Positions 57,869-64,000 of a stretch of DNA of 64,000 bases are shown here, piece after piece. Origin of the DNA: Thermostichus sp. DRC_bins_24 (lineage in GTDB: Bacteria; Cyanobacteriota; Cyanobacteriia; Thermostichales; Thermostichaceae); assembly GCA_039794845.1 (NCBI GenBank), contig JAUQVK010000044.1, positions 1 to 64,000 of the forward strand. The letters are read 5' to 3'. Both the position numbers and the translations under genes were made by a program. The notes beneath the pieces were generated by a model that did not search any database, was not told where the DNA came from, and was given only the letters and a program-made list of their open reading frames with translations. Each line of letters begins with the position of its first letter. The stretch's first letter is position 1.

Positions 57869-60118
57869 TTAGGGAATGAGCACCACCGGGGAGCGCTTAA
57901 AGGCGGGAATATCCGACTGGGGATCCTCTGAGGGGCGGATCAGGTGATTGGCTTCCGGGTAGAACATCAGCACCGAGCCGGGTTTGATCGGGCCAAGAAT
58001 GATCTCAATGTTTTCTAGACAACCGGCGACTCCTCGGACGGTGACCCGTTGGTGCGCCTGAAGGCCGGTTCTGGCTGCATCTTCGGCATTCATCATCACG
58101 CAGTGGCGATGGGGCATGCCTCGATAGGGATCCGCCTCTTTGTAAACGACGGTGTTGTGCTGGCCGTAGGCACGGGCGGTGATCAGAATGAAGGGATGGC
58201 CCCCCTGGCTGGGATCCAACCCGACCGCTTCGTGGGTTGGGGGATCCAACTGCGGTAGAGAAACGGGAAACATCTGGGCTTTGCCACTGGGGGTAGGCCA
58301 GGTGGTGTTGTGGACGATACGACCCTGAATGGTGAAGTCTTGCCGGGTTTGAGCAATGTCAGCAATGGCTCCATAGCCGGGAATCACCCGGGCGATCACC
58401 TGGCGGATGTAGTCGGGATCCCCCATGCGGCTCCAGGGGATGGGGCTTTCTCCCAGCACCCGCTGGGCCAAGGTGCAGATGAATTGGAACTCGCTCACCA
58501 CTTTGCTGCGATCCAAATGGGTTTTACCCGGTTGGTTCAGGCGGACAAAGTTGTTCCCCGACTCGACGGTGGTGGCAAAGGCTTCTTCCCCCCGCGCCAG
58601 TACCGGCAAAAGCAGCGTTTGCCGAGCCGCCAACCCCTGAAAGTGTCCGATATTGGGTTTCGTGGCCAAATAGACGAGGGTATCCACCTGCGCAAGAGCC
58701 TGTCGAGAAAATTGCAAATCGGGGTTGGCCCCGTAGAAATTCCCCCCCAGGCACAACAGGGTTCGGATCTCTCCAGCCCTACAGGCACGCATCAAGTGAC
58801 GGGCACTGTATCCCACCACCCGCTCCAGCGGGCGCCCCACCAAGCCTTCCAACCCAACGCGGATGGCCTCCCGCAGATGGCTGGATACCCCCATCGAGCC
58901 AAAACCCTGCACATTGCTGTGTCCCCGGATGGGCATGACGCCACAGCCGCGTTTTCCCGCACTACCCGTCATCAGGGCGGTATTGGCGATGGCAAAGATG
59001 TTCTCCACGCCATGGGCTTGTTGGGTGATCCCCATGGCCCAGGCGAAAAGGGTGCGTCCGGCATGGTCAGCAACAGCTTGCGCAGCGGCGGCAATTTCGG
59101 CGTAGGTGAGGCCGCAGGTGCTGAGGATCCCTTCCCAGGAGGTCTGTTGAACCGCCTCCAGAACCGCCTCATGCTCGAGGGTATGGGCGGCCAAGAAGGC
59201 GCGATCCACCCGGTCTTGCTCGATCAGCCACTTTTGCATGCCCAGAAAAACGGCTGCATCCGATCCCGGATGGGGTTGTAGATACAACGAGGCGATCTCA
59301 GAACCCAGCAACAGGGATCCCACCCGAGCCGGGGTGGCAAACCGCAGCAACCCCACTTCTCTGACCGGATTGAGGACGATCACCACCCCACCCCGTTGCC
59401 GCAGGGCGATCAGCTCGTTCATCAAGCGGGGATGATTGGCTGCCGCATGGGATCCGGCCAAAACAAAGCACCGGCAATGCTCCAGATCCGCCAGTTCCAC
59501 CTGGCTGGTGCCGGTGCCAAACATCCGTCCCAGTCCCCGCGTAGAAGGCACATGACAGAGATCGGAACAATCCGCCAAATGGGGGGATCCCAGCTGGCGC
59601 ATAAACAGTTGCAAAGCAAAGGCCGCTTCGTTGCTACCGCGACCGGAGCTGTAGGATCCCGCCTGTTCGGGAGGATGAGCAGCCAGAGCCTCGCCGATCA
59701 GCTGATAGACCTCCGGCCATGAGATGGGCTCGTAGTGCTGGCGGCCCAGGCGATGGATCAGGGGTTGGCTAAGGCGGCCCAGGCGCTCGGCCTGGTAGGA
59801 GGTGAGCTGGGCCAGTTCCTCCAGGGGGTGTTCTTGAAAAAAGTCCTGGCGGATCCCAGCTTGTAAGTCGCCCCGTTCCGCCTCCACTCCCTTGGCGCAG
59901 CGTTGCAGCGGGCGGCCCAATTCATCCCGAAAGCCTTTGGTGCCCCAGGCACAGGATTTGCAGGCGTGCTCATGGAAGAGTTTCTCGGCCAGCGGGATCC
60001 CTTGGGGTTGCAGGAGGCTCTCCACCCAGTAGCCCACCACCGGCCAGCCGCCCCCCTGTTCGGGCAGAGAGGAGGAGGGGGACACCGTTTTGGGGGATGG
60101 TGAGGGTCGATCATTCAT
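57869..60118 (-). CDS. FdhF/YdeP family molybdopterin oxidoreductase
   Basis: CKSCAW, YSSGRGSNEA, CSDLCH, NHPR, AMGITQ, PIRGHSNVQG, MFYPEAN. Confidence 0.9.
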   Translation of the reverse strand: MNDRPSPSPKTVSPSSSLPEQGGGWPVVGYWVESLLQPQGIPLAEKLFHEHACKSCAWGTKGFRDELGRPLQRCAKGVEAERGDLQAGIRQDFFQEHPLEELAQLTSYQAERLGRLSQPLIHRLGRQHYEPISWPEVYQLIGEALAAHPPEQAGSYSSGRGSNEAAFALQLFMRQLGSPHLADCSDLCHVPSTRGLGRMFGTGTSQVELADLEHCRCFVLAGSHAAANHPRLMNELIALRQRGGVVIVLNPVREVGLLRFATPARVGSLLLGSEIASLYLQPHPGSDAAVFLGMQKWLIEQDRVDRAFLAAHTLEHEAVLEAVQQTSWEGILSTCGLTYAEIAAAAQAVADHAGRTLFAWAMGITQQAHGVENIFAIANTALMTGSAGKRGCGVMPIRGHSNVQGFGSMGVSSHLREAIRVGLEGLVGRPLERVVGYSARHLMRACRAGEIRTLLCLGGNFYGANPDLQFSRQALAQVDTLVYLATKPNIGHFQGLAARQTLLLPVLARGEEAFATTVESGNNFVRLNQPGKTHLDRSKVVSEFQFICTLAQRVLGESPIPWSRMGDPDYIRQVIARVIPGYGAIADIAQTRQDFTIQGRIVHNTTWPTPSGKAQMFPVSLPQLDPPTHEAVGLDPSQGGHPFILITARAYGQHNTVVYKEADPYRGMPHRHCVMMNAEDAARTGLQAHQRVTVRGVAGCLENIEIILGPIKPGSVLMFYPEANHLIRPSEDPQSDIPAFKRSPVVLIP

Positions 60119-60168
60119 GGGGTTTTGCAATACGGGAGCAATCTATACCAAAAACATAAAACATTCAG

Positions 60169-60504
60169 TTACAGACTATGCTCAGGGTCTAGAAGCTTAA
60201 CTTGCTCATAGTCTCCTCCATGTTTTTGCAGAGCATCCCAAATATCGACTTTCTGTTGCAGGTTCAACCATAGCCTAGGGCCATTCCCAAATGCCTTTCC
60301 AAGCCGCAGAGCAGTGTCAACAGTTATAGAACGCTTCCCTTGAATGATTTCATTTACTGTTCGACGAGAGATCCCCAGCCTTTGCGCCAATTTTGTCTGA
60401 CTGACCCCTATATCCTCCAAAATGTCGGCAATAATTTCGCCAGGATGCACAGGTCTTATTTGCCTGTCTTGAGTAATATCTATGAATTCTTTGGCTTCAG
60501 TCAT
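60169..60504 (-). CDS. higA: HigA addiction module antitoxin
   Basis: PVHPGEII, SQTKLAQRLGISRRTVNEIIQGKR, WLNLQ. Confidence 0.95.
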   Translation of the reverse strand: MTEAKEFIDITQDRQIRPVHPGEIIADILEDIGVSQTKLAQRLGISRRTVNEIIQGKRSITVDTALRLGKAFGNGPRLWLNLQQKVDIWDALQKHGGDYEQVKLLDPEHSL

Positions 60505-60590
60505 GGCATCAACCTTGTGTTATTTTGAATTAACTGTAATTGAGATCCCAGTGAATCAGACATGTATTGCTTGAAAAAATCAGCCAAGAA

Positions 60591-60877
60591 TCAATGATAA
60601 TCCTCCAAATCCACATCGTAGGCTTCTCCCTCCACAAATCTAAATGCGATTCTCCAGTTTCCTGATATCTTCACAGAATAAGTTCCTTTGCGATCACCCT
60701 TTAATTCATGGAGGTCATAGTCTGGGAGCCTAATATCTTCTAGGCTTTCTGCAGAATCAATAACTTCTAGCCTTGCTCTTAATCGTTTCGTCAGTTCACT
60801 AGGAAGCCCTTTGGTTGAACCAAGTTTTAAAAGATCTGCTAGATATTTGTTATTAAAGGATTAAAGGATTGTATCAT
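60591..60877 (-). pseudogene. higB: HigB (RelE-family) toxin, frameshifted by an 8-bp duplication
   Basis: Removing one ttaaagga copy (60853-60868) gives the 92-aa MIQSFNNKYL...LHELKGDRKGTYSVKISGNWRIAFRF...DLEDYH. Confidence 0.9.
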
Positions 60878-60915
60878 TTCAGAGCCCTATCACATTTGTC
60901 CTAAGCGTGAGAGTG

Positions 60916-60944
60916 ACTGTAACGTGACAAGTTACAGTAGTCAA
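60916..60944 (-). promoter_or_regulatory. higBA promoter with palindromic operator
   Basis: TTGACT-17 nt-TACAGT overlapped by ACTGTAAC-N7-GTTACAGT. Confidence 0.8.
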
Positions 60945-60971
60945 GGTCTAATGCTATAGGCTCAATTAACC

Positions 60972-62924
60972 TTAGAGCTTCAGATTATCGATGGGAACTG
61001 GCTCTACGGAATCGGCCAGCGGAAATCCGAACACTTGGGCATAAAAGTAAAGCTCTGCTTCTAGGGCCCGTTTGATATTAGCGGCCTGCCGGAAACCGTG
61101 TTGTTCTCCCGCAAAGGGGACGTAGGCCACCGGCAATCCCTTGGCTTTGAGGGCGGCGACCATCGCTTCCGCTTGGTTGGGAGGCACGATGGCATCTTCC
61201 AATCCCTGAAAGAAAATCACCGGGCAATGGAGACGATCCAAGTGATGAATGGGCGAGCGGGCCTGATAGAGATCCTGTCGCTCCGGGTAGGGGCCGATCA
61301 AGCCATCCAAGTAGCGGGATTCAAACTTGTGGGTATCTTTGGCCAGAGCTTCTAGGTCGCTCACCCCGTAGTAGCTGGCTCCGGCTTTGAACAGGTCATG
61401 AAAGGTGAGGGCGGCCAGGGTTGTGTAGCCCCCGGCACTGCCCCCGCTGATCATCAGCCGTTCCCCATCCACCCGGCCTTGTTCCGTCAAAAACTTGGCT
61501 CCAGCCAGACAATCCTCCACATCCACCACGCCCCATTGTCCCTTGAGGGCATCCCGATAGGCCCGTCCGTAGCCCGTGCTACCGCGGTAGTTCACATCCA
61601 AAACAGCGATGCCCCGGCTGGTCCAGTATTGGATCCCTAAATTCAGCACTGCCGACGTGGCCCCTGTGGGGCCGCCATGACTTTTCACCAGCAAGGGGGG
61701 TTTTTCCCCGGCCGGAGGGACAAAATCTTGATTCTTAGGGGGATAGAAGAACCCATAGGCCACTTGCCCTGCCCCGGTAGGAAAGGTGATCGCTTGGGGA
61801 ATGGAGAGATAACCGGGATCTACCGTCAACGAGTTGGAACGGGCCAGCACCTCCACTGCTCCTGAGGGCAAATCCAAACAGACTAGGGCGGTTGCCTCGC
61901 TGGGGGATCCCGCCAGAAACACCGCTTGGTTACCACTGACTTGCAGGCCACTGATCTGGGTGTAGGGTGGGCCGGATTTGGGCCCACAAGGGATCCCCTG
62001 CAACTGCCCGGAAGCCGGATCCACATAAGCCAGATGAGAGACTCCCCCCTGCTCGTAACAGGCCAGGATCCGCCCATCCCGGCAAAACCCGTAGGTACTC
62101 AGGCCAAACACCCACTGCGGCTCACCAAACTCCGCCTCCAGGGGGCAAAGGGGTTGAATGGGATCCGGCCCGTGGGGATCCCAGCGGTAGAGGTTCCACC
62201 AGCCCGAGCGATCCGAAACCAAGTAAAGCTCCCCTTGGGGCGACCATTGCGGCTGAAAAATCGATTCCGTGGGGCCACCGGCGATTTTTTGCGGTTCCGA
62301 CAAATGGCCATCCGCCTGCACCTGCGCCCACCACAACTCTGTGCCATCCCAGGGCATCTGTGGGTGATCCCAAGTTAGCCAGGTGAGGATCCGGCCATCA
62401 GGGCTGAGGCGAGGGTTGGCATAGAAATCATGCCCGCAAGCCAGTATGTGCTGGGATCCCCCCGACAACTCAATGCTCACCAGACCATTGACCGGCTCCC
62501 CCGTGCCGCTGTGATCTTCCCGCACACAGAGGAGGCGTTGGCGGGCCGAATCCACCACTCCATCGGCATAGCGATAGGCTCCCTCTGGAGTAATGGGTTG
62601 GGGGTGTTCACCGGGGACCAAGCGATAAAGCCGCTGATCGGCAAAATGACAAAAATAAACGATCCCCTCCTTCACCCAGTAGGCCCCACCCCCGTACTCA
62701 TGCACGCGTGTTCGTACGTTAAAGGGATCCGGTGTCAGTTCGGTTGGGATCCCATCCCCAGAACGCCGGATCAGCACATTGCGCCCTTTTTCTTGGGGGC
62801 GGCCCTCCGTCCAGTAAAGATCCCCTTGATCCCAGCAGGCCTGGCCCAACCGCAGGGATCCCGCCACAATCAAATCGGGGGTAATAGGGGATCGCCAGGA
62901 GCCGTATCCAGCCTGCTGCACCAT
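60972..62924 (-). CDS. S9 family peptidase
   Basis: [33 protein letters not shown]. Confidence 0.95.
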   Translation of the reverse strand: MVQQAGYGSWRSPITPDLIVAGSLRLGQACWDQGDLYWTEGRPQEKGRNVLIRRSGDGIPTELTPDPFNVRTRVHEYGGGAYWVKEGIVYFCHFADQRLYRLVPGEHPQPITPEGAYRYADGVVDSARQRLLCVREDHSGTGEPVNGLVSIELSGGSQHILACGHDFYANPRLSPDGRILTWLTWDHPQMPWDGTELWWAQVQADGHLSEPQKIAGGPTESIFQPQWSPQGELYLVSDRSGWWNLYRWDPHGPDPIQPLCPLEAEFGEPQWVFGLSTYGFCRDGRILACYEQGGVSHLAYVDPASGQLQGIPCGPKSGPPYTQISGLQVSGNQAVFLAGSPSEATALVCLDLPSGAVEVLARSNSLTVDPGYLSIPQAITFPTGAGQVAYGFFYPPKNQDFVPPAGEKPPLLVKSHGGPTGATSAVLNLGIQYWTSRGIAVLDVNYRGSTGYGRAYRDALKGQWGVVDVEDCLAGAKFLTEQGRVDGERLMISGGSAGGYTTLAALTFHDLFKAGASYYGVSDLEALAKDTHKFESRYLDGLIGPYPERQDLYQARSPIHHLDRLHCPVIFFQGLEDAIVPPNQAEAMVAALKAKGLPVAYVPFAGEQHGFRQAANIKRALEAELYFYAQVFGFPLADSVEPVPIDNLKL

Positions 62925-63009
62925 GAGTTATCGCCGTAACCACTGGGGCGATCCTAGAGGATCCCTGGCAAAGGTTAAACCCCATCCCCATCCTCTGCCC
63001 AGGCCAGCT

Positions 63010-64000
63010 TTACCGGTCAACTTCTCGTGCCGCCCGCACCAACAATCCCGCTGTGATTAACCCCGCCAAAACAGAACTGCCCCCATGGCTAAACAGCGGC
63101 AAAGGTACCCCCGTTGTGGGCAATGCCCCCGTAACCACGCCGATGTTCAACAGCGACTGCCCCACCAAAAACACCACACAGCCACAGGCCACCAGGCGAA
63201 TCGGGAGCTCACGGCAGCGCAACATCACCCGCAGCCCCACCAAGCTGTAGAGGGTGAGCAGTCCCAAAAACGACAGGGATCCAACCAAGCCGAACTCTTC
63301 TGCAAATACGGAAAAGATGAAGTCGGTGTATTGAATAGGCAAATAGAAGAGCTTTTGTTGGGAGAGGCCATACCCCTTGCCCCACAAGCCCCCAGAGCCG
63401 ATGGCCAAGAGACTTTGCACCAGTTGGTAGCCATCCCCTTGGGCGCTGGCCCAGGGATCCAGAAAGGCCAATATCCGCCGCCGTTGGTACTCCTTGCTGA
63501 GGATGCTGAGCACCGCCGCCGTTGCCCCCAAGCCTGCCGTGCCAAAGAGGGTAAAAGCGGGGATCCCTGCCGTCCAGGCCATGATCCAGAGGGTGAGGCC
63601 ACAAATGGCTGTGGTGCCCAGGTTGGGTTGGGTGAGAATGCCCAGCAAACCGATGGCGAAAATACCCACCCAAGCACAGCGAAACCAGAGAGGATGTTGA
63701 AACCAGCGCCCGAACACCCAGGCCCCCTGCAACACCAGTAGGGGCTTGAGAAATTCCGAAGGTTGAATAATCGGGATCACCTTCAAATCCAGCCAACGGC
63801 TGGCCTCCAAACGGGTGACCCCCAAGCCCGGCACATGGGTGGCCCAGACCAAGCCAATGCCCAGCAGACAGAGGATCCCCGCCCAGGGAAACCAACGGCG
63901 CAGCGGGATCTGCACCAACGCCAAAAAGCTGATCGCCCCCAGCCCCACCCAGATCAACTGCCGCTTGAAGAAATAGAGACCATCTCCGGTGATTCTTTGG
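63010..64000 (-). CDS. ftsW: FtsW/RodA (SEDS) protein; 5' end outside window
   Basis: GDGLYFFKRQ, QPSEFLK, QPNLG, GYQLVQS, LPIQYTDFIF, PTTGVPLP. Confidence 0.9.
   Translation of the reverse strand, partial: QRITGDGLYFFKRQLIWVGLGAISFLALVQIPLRRWFPWAGILCLLGIGLVWATHVPGLGVTRLEASRWLDLKVIPIIQPSEFLKPLLVLQGAWVFGRWFQHPLWFRCAWVGIFAIGLLGILTQPNLGTTAICGLTLWIMAWTAGIPAFTLFGTAGLGATAAVLSILSKEYQRRRILAFLDPWASAQGDGYQLVQSLLAIGSGGLWGKGYGLSQQKLFYLPIQYTDFIFSVFAEEFGLVGSLSFLGLLTLYSLVGLRVMLRCRELPIRLVACGCVVFLVGQSLLNIGVVTGALPTTGVPLPLFSHGGSSVLAGLITAGLLVRAAREVDR

Overview
This is a 64-kb stretch of mostly core chromosome from a cyanobacterium. The very frequent palindrome GGGATCCC (canonical HIP1 GCGATCGC is rare) and the gene content suggest a hot-spring Thermostichus/Yellowstone-type Synechococcus (inference). 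Housekeeping genes include lpxD, an rbcR-type LysR, moaB, metK, cobO, moeA, glk, leuD, ureE and ftsW, plus tRNA-Phe and tRNA-Pro. Several signals are not visible in the ORF track. (1) An Rpn/YhgA-like nuclease gene is followed by a free-standing, synonymously diverged copy of its C-terminal domain that starts at the matching internal SD+ATG; this is a candidate orphan RpnS-type antitoxin cassette. (2) A canonical SAM-I riboswitch lies upstream of metK. (3) Two NtcA class-II promoters sit in front of an NMT1/THI5-type ABC transporter and a Rieske oxygenase, suggesting a dispersed nucleobase-nitrogen salvage regulon. (4) A higBA module has its toxin frameshifted by an 8-bp tandem duplication. 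(5) There are nested decayed mobile elements: IS4, IS701, two IS200/IS605 tnpB remnants, TA-flanked MITEs and 23-nt covarying micro-elements. (6) Short perfect tandem duplications are common and often include stop codons. No CRISPR array, rRNA or intact transposase was seen. All calls are by eye without database searches, and several start codons are uncertain.
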